DNA of 63,090 bases, filler included, from Octopus bimaculoides (GCF_001194135.2; 7 parts of 7 records of this genome joined end to end with filler, not necessarily neighbours in it); one strand, 5' to 3'. Counted from the first letter of the whole stretch, positions 12,041 to 26,074 are shown. Translations and numbers: made by a program. The notes: a model not told the origin generated them from the sequence alone.

Positions 12041-12078
12041 GATGATGGTGATGGTGATGATGATGATGATGATGATGA
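11300..12078. repeat. Long (GAT/GGT)n microsatellite with gap
   Basis: Direct reading; similar (ATC/GAT)n tracts at 1526-1688, 19421-19545 and 28612-28967. Confidence 0.95.
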
Positions 12079-12126
12079 AATATTGCAGATTATCATTGTC
12101 ATTCTTATCATTTATTACAACCACCA

Positions 12127-12161
<35 letters not shown>

Positions 12162-12185
12162 ATATATATATATATATATATATGC

Positions 12186-12219
<34 letters not shown>

Positions 12220-12573
12220 ATATGCATATATGAATGTGTGTGCATGATTGTGTATGTATGTATGTATGCATATATGTGTGAATGTATGCATGCATACAAT
12301 TGCATTCATACATACACACATACACAAACATGTGTAGATACACACACGCATATTAGCATGAATGTGTGTTTGTGTGTGTTAAAATCAAAAAGTATTAAAA
12401 AAAGAAAAGCAACTCTAAAAGCACAAAATAGGATGAATGTGGAATTAGTTCAATGTTTGAAAAGTTAAAATGATTTAATGTTTCAGATGTAAGTCTTTCA
12501 CTAGAAAGTGAAAGTGAAACTTATTGAAAATGAGAGACGAAGCAAGAAGCACTAAGTTTAGAGACCCACAAAT

Positions 12574-12632
<59 letters not shown>

Positions 12633-12794
12633 TGTATGTATGTATCCTTGATCGTCTGCTAACACTCTACATGTACCACNNNNNNNNNNNNNNNNNNNNN
12701 NNNNNNNNNNNNNNNNNNNNNNNNNNNNNNNNNNNNNNNNNNNNNNNNNNNNNNNNNNNNNNNNATATATATATATATATATATATATATACGT

Positions 12795-13208
12795 CCAGGA
12801 ATGGCTGTGTGGTAAGTAGCTTGGTTACCAACCACATGGTTCCAGGTTCAGCCCCACTGTGTGGCACCTTGGGCAAGTGTCTTCTACTATAGCCTCGGGC
12901 TGACAAAAGCCTTGTGAGTGGATATGGTAGAAGGAAACTGAAAGAAGCCCGTCGTATATATGTATATGTATATATGTGTGTGTGTGTATGTGTGTGTGTG
13001 TGTGTTTGTGTGTCTGTCTTTGTCCCCTTGACGTCGCTTGACAACCGATGCTGGTGTATTTACGTCCCCCGTAACTTAGTGGTGCGGCAAAAGAGACCGA
13101 TTGAATAATTACTAGGCTTACAAAGAATAAGTCTTGGGGTCTATTTGTTCAAGTAAAGGCGATGCATCAGCATGGCCACAGTCAAATGGCTGAAACAAGT
13201 AAAAGAGT
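12795..13208 (+). mobile_element. Bipartite SINE (tRNA-like head, central (TA)n(TG)n, 3' half), family B/C
   Basis: gtggtaagtagctt...gaagcccgtcg-(TA)(TG)-tttgtcccc...gaaacaagtaaaagag; many copies in both orientations. Confidence 0.8.
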
Positions 13209-13220
13209 ATATATATACAT

Positions 13221-13630
13221 CGGGGATGTGCTACCTAGGTAGGCAAGGTAGACAGTGCCTACCCTGAATGAAATAGATAATTAGCAACATTTTCCTCTCA
13301 TGGCAAAATATGCACCAAATTCAGTAAAATTATGAAGGTTACTCTGATTACTATGCATAAAATACAAAATGTTTTATTTTTTTGTAGATTCAGTAGGCAT
13401 AATTCGCCCCTGCTTTTCAATTTCAGTATTTAAGCTACGCATAATAATGCTGTAGTACATGTGGTGTGTACACTCCTACAACACTGTTCTTTTTAGGTAC
13501 TATAAATGCAGAAACAGATCTGCCTTCAACTCAGTCACGTGTCTGTGTTTCGCTGCTTATGTTTTGTGTGTTTTACGACATAAAGGTCACCAAATGCCTA
13601 CCCTGAGTAATTATTGACAGCACGTACCTG
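13221..13630 (+). mobile_element. Non-autonomous hAT-type element
   Basis: Ends cggggatgtgc / gcacgtacctg are imperfect inverted repeats; 8-bp flanks atatacat/atatatat resemble a TSD; second copy at 39243-39543. Confidence 0.6.
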
Positions 13631-13669
<39 letters not shown>

Positions 13670-13928
13670 TAACTATACACATACATACACACACACACAG
13701 ATAGATATGTTTCTTTATTAGCCACACAGGGCTGAACACAGATAGATAGATAGATAGATAGATAGATTAATGGGTGGATGGATGGATAGACAGGCGGATG
13801 GATGGATGGCAAGCCAGAGAAACAGACAGTTAGATAGACAGGAAGACAGACTGACAGACAAATATGCGTGCCAGTATATATATGAATATAGGTATTTACG
13901 CTCGTGTATGAATGTGTGCATGTGTGAT

Positions 13929-13973
<45 letters not shown>

Positions 13974-14262
13974 TGTTTGTACATATGCATCTGGGTGTGG
14001 TATCTGATGTGCGTGTATTCATCAATGCAAAGCTGGTTAATATTCTGTCTGAGTTAACCAGCTTTGCATTAATAAATAATTATACTTTATAATAAGCATT
14101 GAGTCTCTTGCTTCCATTAATGAAACAACATAAAAAACAATGTGTGTATGTATATGCATGTGTGTGTGAGTGTGTGTATGAGTGTGTGTGTGTGTATGTG
14201 TCTGAGCATATAATATATATATATATGTATATACATATATATGTGTGTGTGTGTATATATTC

Positions 14263-14297
<35 letters not shown>

Positions 14298-15228
14298 TAA
14301 ATAAATATATATATTTGTATGTATACATACACACACACACACACACACATACACACATATATATGTATATATATATGTGTGTGTGTGTATGTGTTTGTAT
14401 ATATATATATATATAATGATATAAATCTCTCTCCTACTTTTTCTCTCTTTCTCTTATACACACACACATCACACACACAAACACACATACACACACACAA
14501 AACACACACAAACACACACAGACACAAACACACAAACACACATATACACACGCACAAGTTATTTTCACTTTCAACCTTTTCAGGAAAAAAAAAACACCCA
14601 GAAAAACCCACAAAAATATTCAATACCAGAAAATATATATTAAAAATTTACAGAACTTGTAGCTTGTCCATATAAAAACATGATTTTTAAGGCCCACATT
14701 TGAAGCTCTCTTACAATGCATAAACCTTTTGAAATAGTCCAACTTAGTCATAACATCTGGTATAGGTATACAATTAGGACTGCTACCAGTTCGTTGTGGC
14801 TTATGTTTCTGTGTATACCTATGCAGGCCAGAACTTCGAAGTCCCTGTCACCACTTTTCAGGTAAAAGTATCGAAAATATACACTCTGTAAGAAGTATAT
14901 ATTTACGATATAAAAAAGAACCAGGAACCCTTCAGCATATATATATATATAATACAAAGAATATGTATGCATGTATACCCACATATATGTACATACTTAC
15001 ATCTACATGTGTATATAGATGCATATCAGGGTACAGGACGTTAGAAAAATGAACTACAGACCACGGAACGAACACGTAGGAAAACAGATAGCCACTTGGA
15101 ATTAATCCTTCGTCAGCTGCCTCTATTCTAACCAGACGTTTCGAAGATAAGGCAGAACATACTCTAGAATAGTCTCTTCCTGAGTAGTGGATATATATAT
15201 ATATATACATGTATGTATGTATATAGAT

Positions 15229-15446
15229 CAGTGGTCCTCAACAGGGGGTCCATATGGCCCTTGAAGGTCCATATAAGATTTTGGGATGTTTGTGCAACAA
15301 ATAGTAAATTGGGGTTCCACAATAGTATTTTAAGGGCCCCTGAAAAAAATTTTGCTTTAGATGTATGTATTGGTATGTGTTGCAAGAAACAGCTGGGTTT
15401 CTTTCTCTAACATTTTGCATTGTTCAACCTACACAGTTTCATGCGT

Positions 15447-15447
<1 letters not shown>
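15229..15447 (+). mobile_element. hAT (Charlie-like) non-autonomous fragment; opposite end at 19907-19953
   Basis: Starts CAGTGGTCCTCAAC, typical of a hAT TIR; 19907-19953 is its reverse-complement homologue ending ggttgagaaccattg. Confidence 0.45.
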
Positions 15448-15492
<45 letters not shown>

Positions 15493-15773
15493 NNNNNNNN
15501 NNNNNNNNNNNNNNNNNNNNNNNNNNNNNNNNNNNNNNNNNNNNNNNNNNNNNNNNNNNNNNNNNNNNNNNNNNNNNNNNNNNNNNNNNNNNNNNNNNNN
15601 NNNNNNNNNNNNNNNNNNNNNNNNNNNNNNNNNNNNNNNNNNNNNNNNNNNNNNNNNNNNNNNNNNNNNNNNNNNNNNNNNNNNNNNNNGTATGTATTGG
15701 TATGTGTTGCAAGAAACAGCTGGGTTTCTTTCTCTAACATTTTGCATTGTTCAACCTACACAGTTTCATGCGT

Positions 15774-15859
<86 letters not shown>

Positions 15860-16336
15860 TGGCACAGAAATAGAAACAAATAGTCTTAAGCTGGCAGTCA
15901 TATTGAGAGACACAAGACACACAGACAGATAGACCAAATGGAGGGTAAGGGTAGTGAGTGAGAAAACAACAGATGTAAGCAGAGATAATGGAGTTTCCAG
16001 GTAAACAATGAGTGATAAGGGTGGGCATAAAAATAGACAAAGATAGGGATTAAGAGAAGCGGGGTGGAGATAGAATGTGTAGAAAGAGAAGACAAGAGAG
16101 TAATAGCTATGAGATCAAGAGGGTCACTTTACAGTCATGTGGTTTTTTAGTTCGGTCTCACTGCATGGCACCTTGGGTAAGTATCTTCTATTATAGCTAC
16201 AGGTTGACCAATGCTGCCTTGTGAGTGGATTTGGTAGGCAAAAACTATGTGGAAATCCATCATGTGAATACATATCTATATATATATATATTGATGTGTA
16301 CAAATGACAAGGAAAAAATAAATAAATAGTTACCAT

Positions 16337-16965
16337 AGGCGCAGGAGAGGCTGTGTGGTAAGTAGCTTGCTTATCAACCACATGGTCCTGGGTTCAGTCC
16401 CACTGCATGGCACCTTGGGCAAGTGTCTTCTACTATAGCCTCGGGTCAACCAAAAGATTGTGAGTGGATTTGGTAGACAGAAACTGGAAGAAGCCCGTCG
16501 TATANNNNNNNNNNNNNNNNNNNNNNNNNNNNNNNNNNNNNNNNNNNNNNNNNNNNNNNNNNNNNNNNNNNNNNNNNNNNNNNNNNNNNNNNNNNNNNNN
16601 NNNNNNNNNNNNNNNNNNNNNNNNNNNNNNNNNNNNNNNNNNNNNNNNNNNNNNNNNNNNNNNNNNNNNNNNNNNNNNNNNNNNNNNNNNNNNNNNNNNN
16701 NNNNNNNNNNNNNNNNNNATATATATGTATATATACATATATATGTGTGTGTGTGTGTGTGTCCGTCTGTCCCCCCAGCATCACTTAACAACCAATGCTG
16801 GTGTGTTTGCGTCCCCGTAACCTAGCAGTTCGGCAAAAGAGACTGATAGAATAAGTACTAGGCTTACAAAGAATAAGCTCTGGAGTTGATTTGCTCTACT
16901 AAAGGCGGTGCTCCAGCATGGCCGTAGTCAAATGAATGAAACAAGTAAAAGAGTAAAAGAGTAAA
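16337..16965 (+). mobile_element. Family B/C SINE (central microsatellite in gap)
   Basis: Head 16337-16500, 3' half 16755-16965. Confidence 0.8.
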
Positions 16966-17770
16966 AAAACAGGTAGCAAAAATTCACATAAGTGCCAAGG
17001 ATATTACAACCTGAGGAGTACAGTTGTTTTGCAGACCTCATTAAGACATACGATCATATGCTGTGGGACATACTGTGGGAAGATTTGCTGGATTTTGAGA
17101 ATAATGGGAAAGCTTCTAATTGTCAAGAAGTCCCTATATGAATGCCCAGTAAAATCGGTTCGGCATATTAAATACAAACCAGCACAACAATAGATATTTT
17201 TCTTGAAGAAGAAAAACCATTCATAAATCAATAAAAATACAGTTATATATATTGCAAGCGTTAAATTAATATTTAGATTGTTTTTAATAAAATACTATCC
17301 GTTTAATTCTTTTATCATTTATATTTAATCTCTGAGAAATGTTGCTATCATGCACAGATACATCACAATTATTCTTGGTCATTTAGCTTGCTCTGTTGCA
17401 TTCAATTTCATTATTAATTGCGTACGTGAAGATAATATTGCTTACGTTCTGTTTTAATGTTTAGTTCTATACATATTTTAATTAACTTTATCATGAAATA
17501 ACAAGTGCTAACGTGACATTAACATTCATTTATCAAATCAAGAAAGATAGGCCAGTGCGTATATCGCAAAATTTAATTGTGTGCATGTATATATACACAT
17601 ACACACATATACATATATATGTGTGTGTGGGTGTCTGTGTATGTATGTATGTGTGTGTTTGGGTGTGTGTGTGTGTGTGTGTGTGTATAGATATGCATAT
17701 ATGTGTGAGTGTATGTATGTGTATATATATGGATACATGCATATGCACACACATACATATATATACACAT

Positions 17771-18394
17771 GTAAACAGTGAAGAATTCCGGGTAGGGGTA
17801 GGGGTCCACCAAGGACAGTCTTCAGCCCCCTCTTATTCATCATAGTCCTCCAGACAATAACAGAGGAATTCAAGACAGGATGCCCCAGGGAGCTCGTCTA
17901 TGCTGATGACCTTGCTCTAATTGCTGAGTCANNNNNNNNNNGTCTATGCTGATGACCTTGCTCTAATTGCTGAGTCACTATCAGAACTAGAGGAGAAGTT
18001 TCAGGTGTGGAAGCAAGGATTAGAATCGAAGGGCCTTAGAGTCAACTTAGCCAATAACAAAGTCTTAATAAGTAGGAAGGTAGACAAACCACGAACCCTT
18101 TCAGGTAGATAGCCCTGCTTGATCCGTAGAAAAGGCGTAGGTAGAAACTCTATAAGTTGTACTCAGTGTAAGCTATGGGTACATAAGAGGTGCAGCAATA
18201 TCAAAGGAAGGCTAACTAGGAAGATAGTTTTTGTATGTGGCAGATGCTCAGGAGCAATAAACACTGAAAATGTGCAGAAAACAACTTCTGCCACATTCCA
18301 GGGAGAAAAACTAGTAGTTGATAGCTTCCATTATCTAGGGGACCAAGTCAGTAGTTGGGGTGGGTGCTCTGAAAGTGTAGCTGCTAGAATAAGA
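17771..18394 (+). mobile_element. RTE-clade LINE reverse transcriptase fragment with PHD-like Cys/His insert
   Basis: VGVHQGS..SPLLF, VYADDLALIAES, GLRVN, C..RKGVGRNSISCTQCKLWVHKRC..CGRC, FHYLGD; contains a frameshift and a stop. Confidence 0.9.
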
Positions 18395-18462
18395 TATGAA
18401 TATGTATATGTATGTCTATACATATACATATAATGTATGTGCACATATATAAATATATGTGT

Positions 18463-18520
<58 letters not shown>

Positions 18521-19432
18521 GCGTGCATACATATACACACACATGCACTTTCACACCCCAACCCCTCACACAGATGTAAATACTTATATGTATATATATA
18601 TGTATATGTATGTGTGTGTGTGTGTTTGTGCTTTTGTTTGTCCCCCCTCTCCACCACTCGACAACCAGTGTTGGTTTGTTTACGTCTCCATGCATTGGCA
18701 GTTCAGCAAAAGACACTGATAAAATAAGTACTAAGCTATAAAAAAATAATAGATAATACATATAATGTGGGGGGGGGCGATTTGTTTGTCTAAAACCCTT
18801 CAATGCAGTGCTCCAGCATGACCACAATCCAATGGCTGAAACAAGTGAAAGATAAAAGATGAAAATAATATATGCCTTCTGTCCATCTTATCACCACCAG
18901 ATATCAATTTATCACATAGCACTGTGCCATATTTTGTGAAACATTATCGTTCATCATCATCTTCATCATCATGAGTGCTTCCCAAACTTTTTTAGGCTGC
19001 CGCCCCCTTGCTTCTAAGGCCACATTCCCACTGCCTCCACCACCACCACCATCATCAACATAGACCTTTTACTGAAGCAAAATTCAAAACAACAGTATTT
19101 CACAGATAAAACTTAACCTAATTGACCCTTTATTTTGAGTTCTATTTTTTTTTTACTTCTATTGCCCTGTTTTGATCACCTCATTATCGACCCATTTTTC
19201 TTCAGCCCAACCACCACTGGATCTTTCCATCACCCTCAGATGGGAGCAGTACTGCCCACTTTGGGAGCCACCAATCAGCATCATCATCATCATCATTTCC
19301 ACATCCACTTTTCTATGCTTGCATGGGTCAGGTGGAGACTTACCGACTATGGTGGGATTTGAACTCAGGACATATAGAGATGTAACTAAGTGCTAGAAGA
19401 CATTTAGTTTGTTTCCCATAACGATGATGATA

Positions 19433-19504
<72 letters not shown>

Positions 19505-19994
19505 GTGGTGGTGCTGGTGGTGGTGGTGGTGGTGATGATGATGATGTAAAAAATGTAAAAGAAAAAGAAAAAANNNNNNNNNNNNNNNNNNNNNNNNNNN
19601 NNNNNNNNNNNNNNNNNNNNNNNNNNNNNNNNNNNNNNNNNNNNNNNNNNNNNNNNNNNNNNNNNNNNNNNNNNNNNNNNNNNNNNNNNNNNNNNNNNNN
19701 NNNNNNNNNNNNNNNNNNNNNNNNNNNNNNNNNNNNNNNNNNNNNNNNNNNNNNNNNNNNNNNNNNNNNNNNNNNNNNNNNNNNNNNNNNNNNNNNNNNN
19801 NNNNNNNNNNNNNNNNNNNNNNNNNNNNNNNNNNNNNNNNNNNNNNNNNNNNNNNNNNNNNNNNNNNNNNNNNNNNNNNNNNNNNNNNNNNNNNNNNNNN
19901 NNNNNTTTTATATTGACCCCTGAGGGCTATATGGACCCTGGTTGAGAACCATTGCTTTCAGTTGCTCTCAACCAGATTCCACTTGGCGCCTGAG

Positions 19995-20386
19995 GGTCTA
20001 TATAAGATTTTGGCGTGGTTGTGTAGTAAGAATCTTGCTTCCCAACCACAAGGTTCCAGGTTTGGTCCCAGTGTATGGCACTTTAGGCAAATGTCTTCTA
20101 CTATAGCCTTGGGCCGTCCAAAGCCTTGTGAACGGATTTTGTGGACAGAAACTGAAAGAAGCCCATTGTATGTATACATGCCTCTGGTGTTATATAAATG
20201 GCATCCATGCCGGTAGTACATAAAAATCACTCATTACACTCTTGGAGTGGTTAACAACAGGAAGAGCATCCAACCATAGAAAGCATGCCAAGTCAGCCTG
20301 AAACCTGGTGCAGCTCTCCAGCTTAGTTCCAGTGAAACTGCAAAACCAATGACAGCATGGAAAGCGGATGCTAAATGATGATGAGG

Positions 20387-20390
<4 letters not shown>
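19995..20390 (+). mobile_element. SINE with family B head and RTE-like tail
   Basis: Tail ggaagagcatccaaccatagaa...gcatggaaagcggatgctaaatgatgatg matches the RTE 3' end at 38780-38920. Confidence 0.7.
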
Positions 20391-20420
<30 letters not shown>

Positions 20421-20423
<3 letters not shown>

Positions 20424-20845
20424 GTGGTAAGCTGGCAGAACCGTTAGCATGCCAGGCGAAATGCTTAGCGGTATTTTGTCTGTCTTTATGTTCTGAGTTC
20501 AAATTCCGCCAGGGTCACCTTTGCCTTTCATCCTTTTGGGGTCAATTAAATAAGTACCAGTTACGCACTGGGGTCGATATAATCGACTTAATCCGTTTGT
20601 CTGTCATTGTTTGTCCCCTCTGTGTGTAGCAGTAAAGAAATAAGAAACATTGGCACGCTGGGCGAAATGCTTAGCGGCACTTCGTCCATCCTTACGTCCT
20701 GAGTTTAAATTCCGCCGAGGTCGCCTTTGCCTTTCATTCTTTTGGGGGTCGATAGATTAAATACCAGCTACGTACTGGAGTCGATCTAATCGACTGGCCC
20801 CTCCTCCCCCAAAATTTCAGGCTTTGTGTCTAGAGTAGAAAAGTA
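20421..20845 (+). mobile_element. Two tandem family D SINEs (another at about 22105-22260)
   Basis: Homologous to 34728-34959 (aagtaccagttacgcactggggtcgat core). Confidence 0.8.
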
Positions 20846-21112
20846 TATGTATATGTGTGTATGTGCGTGTGTATGTCTTTATGCTTGTGCTTGTTCCCCA
20901 CCACCACCACTTGACAACCGATGTTAGTTTGTTTACGTTTCTGTAACGTAGTGGTTCAACATATAGAGACTGATAAAATAAGTACCAGGCTTAAGAAAAA
21001 TAAGATTCATTTGACTAAAAGTTCTTCAAGGTGGTGCCCCAGTATGGCCGCAGTCTAATGACTGAAACAAGTTAAAGCATATTTATCTGAAAGTTAGGTG
21101 GTTGTGGTGGAC

Positions 21113-21167
21113 CACCCTTGTGGAAGCACACCCTTGTGGAAGCACACCCTTGTGGAAGCACACCCTT
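21113..21167. repeat. 16-bp tandem repeat x3.4
   Basis: CACCCTTGTGGAAGCA repeated perfectly. Confidence 0.9.
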
Positions 21168-21321
21168 TTCTTCCTTTCTTTTTTTGTATTGTTTTTTTTT
21201 TTTTTACTAATACGCTGTGATTTGCTGGAGATTTGACTGCTATTTCTGCAGGTCAAGGGATCACTTGAGATGAGATCATGACGGTTTGTTTACTAATTGT
21301 ATATGTAGCAGCAGTAGCAGC

Positions 21322-21357
<36 letters not shown>

Positions 21358-21421
21358 GGTGGTGGTGGTGGTGGTAGTAGTAGTAGTAGTAGTGGCAGCA
21401 GCAGCAGCAGTAGCAGCAGCT

Positions 21422-21452
<31 letters not shown>

Positions 21453-23549
21453 CAGCAGCATCAGTGTAATCTGTAATATAATTTTGTAGTAGTAGTAGTA
21501 GTAGTAGCTGTTTTAACCCTGGGTCAAACCCGACTAAGCCAGACATATTCTGAAAAAATTTTAATTCCGTTTTTTTTTGGTTTTTGTTTATGTTTTAAGA
21601 CATTTCTGCAGGGTGATATTAGAGAGAGAAAGAGAGGTGGGGGGGGGCATTTTGCTGTTATTTCTAGCATGTCTCGCGATTACGTAGTGCAAGACTAGAA
21701 TAGAGAAAGTTTTTAGTTGCAGACGTGAACTGCAAGTGCACCAGTACCTGCATAGGTGCAACTGTGCTGAGAATTACAACGGATTTTACATTTTACATAC
21801 AAACACATAGGATTTGCATTTGGCAATATTAATTAAAACGCAATAATAACATTTATTAATAAGGTAATTATAATTGATTTAAGCTGTCCTTGTGGAGTAC
21901 TGAAAACAAAGTGGACCCAAAAGAAAAAAAAAAGATCAAACATACACACACACATACGTAACCCAAAATATAAGCTTTGTGTTGCTCCTTTTTGAGTTTT
22001 GAGTTCAAATGCTGCAGAAGTCACCGTTGCTTTTCATGCTTCGAGGTGTCAGTGAAATAAAATACTAGTTAAATATTTAGTCGATTTAATATTCCTACAG
22101 AACTTTGGATTCTGAGTTCGAATTCCGCCGAGGTCTACTTTGCATTTCATCCTTTTGTGGTCGATAAATTAAGTACCAGTTACGCACTGGGGTCGATGTA
22201 ATCGACTCACCCTTTCCACTGAACTTGCTGGCCTTGTTGCAAAAATTTGAAACCGATGTTCCTTCCTATAAAACAGAGATTGACGGTAATATTGAACCCT
22301 ATCCAAGGGGTCGATAAACAGCTGGAGAGGGCTGTTTTTTTTTTTCTTTTTTTTCAGAAAAACGTGGGTAAAATTCCTGCCAAGTATCGATACAGTAACT
22401 TCTATTTGCGAAACAGGCATTTCACATTAAATATTCCGACTATGGCAACAGTCGACTAAATTTCTTCTTCAATTTCGTTAAAACCCCTACAGAGTGTTGA
22501 AAACAAAGTGGACATTCCACTCAGCTTGGTTAATGCTCATTAAAGTTCTGAGATCAAATTACACCGATTTCAACATCAACATTGCTTTTCATATCTTAAG
22601 GGGTCGGTAAAAATAAAGTAGCCGTAAAATACTGGATTCGATTTAATATTCCTAAGAAGTAAAGATCGATGAAGTGGTTAATATTGATTCCTAGGGATCT
22701 ATGCAGCTATGTATCAAACCGAAGGGTAGATAAACACCTGAAACTATTTTGAGTATTAAGGGTACCGATATAGTTGCGAACTGAAAATGGAAGAGCGCAA
22801 AAATTTCAGACTATAACCCTCTGATCTCCAACCAAATATCGATGCTATAACTAGTGTTTACCAAACACCTATTTCCCATTAAATATTCCGACTAAAGCAG
22901 TGATATGAATGAATTTTTATTGTTCTTCTTCAATTTCGCCAACTATTTTCATAAAACAATTACTTAAATATTTCTTATTAATTAAAAAGCGATAATGACA
23001 AAGAACAACGAAGGAATTTAGTGTTTTGAAAACCAAGAAATTTTTTTTCCCCATTAATTATACTTTTAAATTTTATTTTAGAAATTTACATGATGTCGGT
23101 TTAAGTTATCAGGGACTCCATGAAGGAACCAATGTTATAAGAAGACAGACAACCCCTTTTGACAGAGCACTAGCTGTGAGCAGAATCATAACAACACATG
23201 AGACAATTTATACAGAAATATTGTTTTCGTTTTTTAAGCTTAAACGGTTTTTGTCCCCATTACGAGTTTGGAACACAACGCCCGCTTACTTCGAGGGGCC
23301 GTTTGAAATTTGAATGCCGGCAAAATTCCCCATCTACCCTCAACGTGACGGGGCTGAATCAGTCACGTTGATTCCTTTACCAATTCTGGCCGTAGCACTA
23401 TTTATAAATAGTATGTGTGTCTATATGGTACTTACACAGGACTGCGTGTGTGTGTGTGTGTGCATGCGCGCGCGCGCGTGTGTATGTGTGAGTGCGTGTG
23501 TGTGTGAGAGAGAGAGAGAGAGAGCATATGCGTAAATATATAAATAGGT

Positions 23550-24015
23550 GTATGTATGTATGTATGTATGTATGTATTATGTATGTATGCACGTTTGTAT
23601 GTATGTATATATGTGTGTATGTATGTGTATGTAAGCATGTATGTATGTGTGTATGTATGTATATATGCATGTATGTAAGTATGCCCAAATAGTGTCTCAG
23701 AGGCCGCAGTGTAACAGGTTCGAAACTCATGACTCTTGCGTCACTTTCATAACTTTACAATTACACACACAGTGTGTGTGTATGTGTACTGTAACTACAC
23801 TATGCATTGCAACGTAACAAGCACTTATGTACACNNNNNNNNNNATTTATACCATATCACGTTATTTGTACGCATGTATGTATGTATGTATGTATGTATG
23901 TATGTATGTGTGTATGTATGTATGTATGTGTGTATGTATGTATGTATGTATGTATGTATGTATGTATGTATGTATGTATGTATGTATGTGTGTGTGTATG
24001 TATGTATGTATGTAT
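23550..24015. repeat. (TATG)n microsatellite tracts
   Basis: Direct reading; (TA)n, (CA)n, (GATA)n and (GA)n tracts occur throughout the window. Confidence 0.95.
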
Positions 24016-24350
24016 ACTCTTTTACTTGTTTCTGTCATTTGACTGTGGCCATACTGGAGCACCGCCTTTAGTCGAGCAAATTGACCCCAGGACTTATTCT
24101 TTGGAAGCCTAGTACTTATTCTATCGGTCCCTTTTGCCGAACTGCTAAGTTACGGGGATGTAAACACACCACCATCGGTTGTCAAGCGATGTTGGGGGAC
24201 AAACATATGCACACGCATACACATACATATATACATATATACATACATACGACGGGCTTCTTTCAGTCTCCGTCTACCAAATCCACTCACAAGGCTTTGG
24301 TTGACCCGGGGTTATAGTACAAGACACTCGCCCAAGGTGCCACGCAGTGG
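24012..24350 (-). mobile_element. Family B/C SINE
   Basis: Reverse-complement homology to 34141-34490. Confidence 0.8.
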
Positions 24351-25134
24351 ATATATGTTTGTATGTATGTACATATGGATAAATGTTAGAATGCGTGTGT
24401 GTGTGTGTATGCGTGTGTATGTATGTGTGTGTCTGTATATATATGCATATATGTATGTATATTTGTATGTAAAGATGGATAGATGCACGGACGGACAGAT
24501 GGATGAATATGCATGTAAGTATGTATGTATGTATGTATGTGTGTGTGTATGTATGTATGTGTGCGTGTATGTATGTAGGTATGTATGGATGGATGAATGT
24601 AAGTATATGTCTGTATGTATGTCTGTGTGAATGTATGTCTGTATGTGTGTGTGTATGTACGTATGCATGTGCGTACGTACGTATGTATGTATATATCTCT
24701 GTATGCATGTACGTATGCATTGCACAGGGTGTTCAGACTAATCTTGATGATTTTTTTTATGTCTCCTTTTTTTTTCAAGAACGGATTGATGCACTGGGGA
24801 ACCGTCAACTGTGTTGGAGAGCATAAAGAATAAAGATTATCAAAGCTGTAGAAGAGAAAAAGTTAACTGACATGGAGGTCTGGAAGTCATCCGAATATTG
24901 GAACAGAGTTACCCGTATCATGAAGATCTGTGCCGAGCATCAAAATACTAACATCACAACAGCAGGTTAATGCTCTGGGAACACTGTAAAGTAGGGGTAG
25001 GGAAACTTTTTAGTGTGTTGGGCAAAAGTGGGCAAAAATTTACAATGGAAAAGGTCCACGGGTGGATCACAAGCTCTAACTCTTCTATCTGAGTAAATCT
25101 TGTATATTTATCCATGTATAATTTGATATACACT

Positions 25135-25510
25135 CTTTCATTTGTTTCAGTCATTTGACTGCAGCCATGCTGGAGCACCGCCTTTAGTCGAGCAAATCAA
25201 CCCCGGGACTTATTCTTTGGAAGCCTAGTAATTATTTTATCAGTCTCTTTTGCTGAACCACTAAGTAACAGGGACGTAAACACATCAGCATCGGTTGTCA
25301 AGCAATGCTAGGGAGACAAACACAGACACACAAACATACACACACACATATATATATACATATATACGACGGGCTTCTTTCAGTTTCCGTCTACTAAATC
25401 CACTTACAAGGCTTTGGTTAGAAGACACTTGCCCAAGATGCCACGCAGTGGGACTGAACCCAGAACCATGTGGTTGGTAAGCAAGCTACTTATCACACAG
25501 CCACTGCTGC
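25135..25510 (-). mobile_element. Family B/C SINE
   Basis: Reverse-complement homology to 34141-34490, with an internal deletion. Confidence 0.8.
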
Positions 25511-25609
25511 ACTTGCATCAATGAATATAAGTTTAAGACATTAAATTAATGTGTAACATCTTCATNNNNNNNNNNNNNNNNNNNNNNNNNNNNNNNNNNN
25601 NNNNNNNNN

Positions 25610-25621
25610 TTAATTAATTAA
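25610..25621. other. Artificial scaffold linker TTAATTAATTAA (also 29012, 36583, 40254, 42731, 60562)
   Basis: Each sits between two 44-N runs (100 nt total); self-complementary, with TAA in all six frames. Confidence 0.95.
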
Positions 25622-25925
25622 NNNNNNNNNNNNNNNNNNNNNNNNNNNNNNNNNNNNNNNNNNNNACACGAAAACATTACTGTGTGATACACGATCCCTA
25701 TTGATCGCCCTTTTTTTTTTTTCTCTCGATCCCTTTTGATCGAACTCCCCCTTTTTCCCTTCCTACGATCCCTTTTGATCGACACCCCCCCTTTTTTTTC
25801 CTTCCCCCTCCCAAAAAGTAAAGCTCTACATTGTATTTGTCCCATCTTCGTTGAGCCCCGTGTGGCTAATAAAAGAAATGTATGTATCTATCTATGCATA
25901 TCTACCTACCTACCTACCTACCTGC

Positions 25926-25989
<64 letters not shown>

Positions 25990-26074
25990 TCTACCTATCT
26001 TATCATATATGTATATGTGTGTGTTTGTGTGCGTGCGCGCGCGTGTGTAATATTATCTGGGTAATACTATTAGA

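Noticed and set aside
15095-15150. GAAACG...CTGACGA motifs in permuted order (also 43120-43160, minus strand)
   Set aside because: Could not build stems I and II for a type II hammerhead; at best decayed remnants.
15364-15773. Apparent direct duplications across small gaps (15364/15690, 17896/17942, 35217/35553, 51788/51834)
   Set aside because: Identical sequence on both sides of a gap indicates unmerged contig or allele overlap, not real duplication.
17004-17231. Short ORFs in unique sequence
   Set aside because: No recognisable homology; no convincing splice pair in an open frame.
21880-22950. Old degenerate tandem duplication of SINE-rich sequence
   Set aside because: Short patchy matches only; no functional signal.
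24722-24960. Possible Tc1/mariner end (CAGGGTGTTCAG); also 27060-27078
   Set aside because: No matching second TIR or transposase motif.
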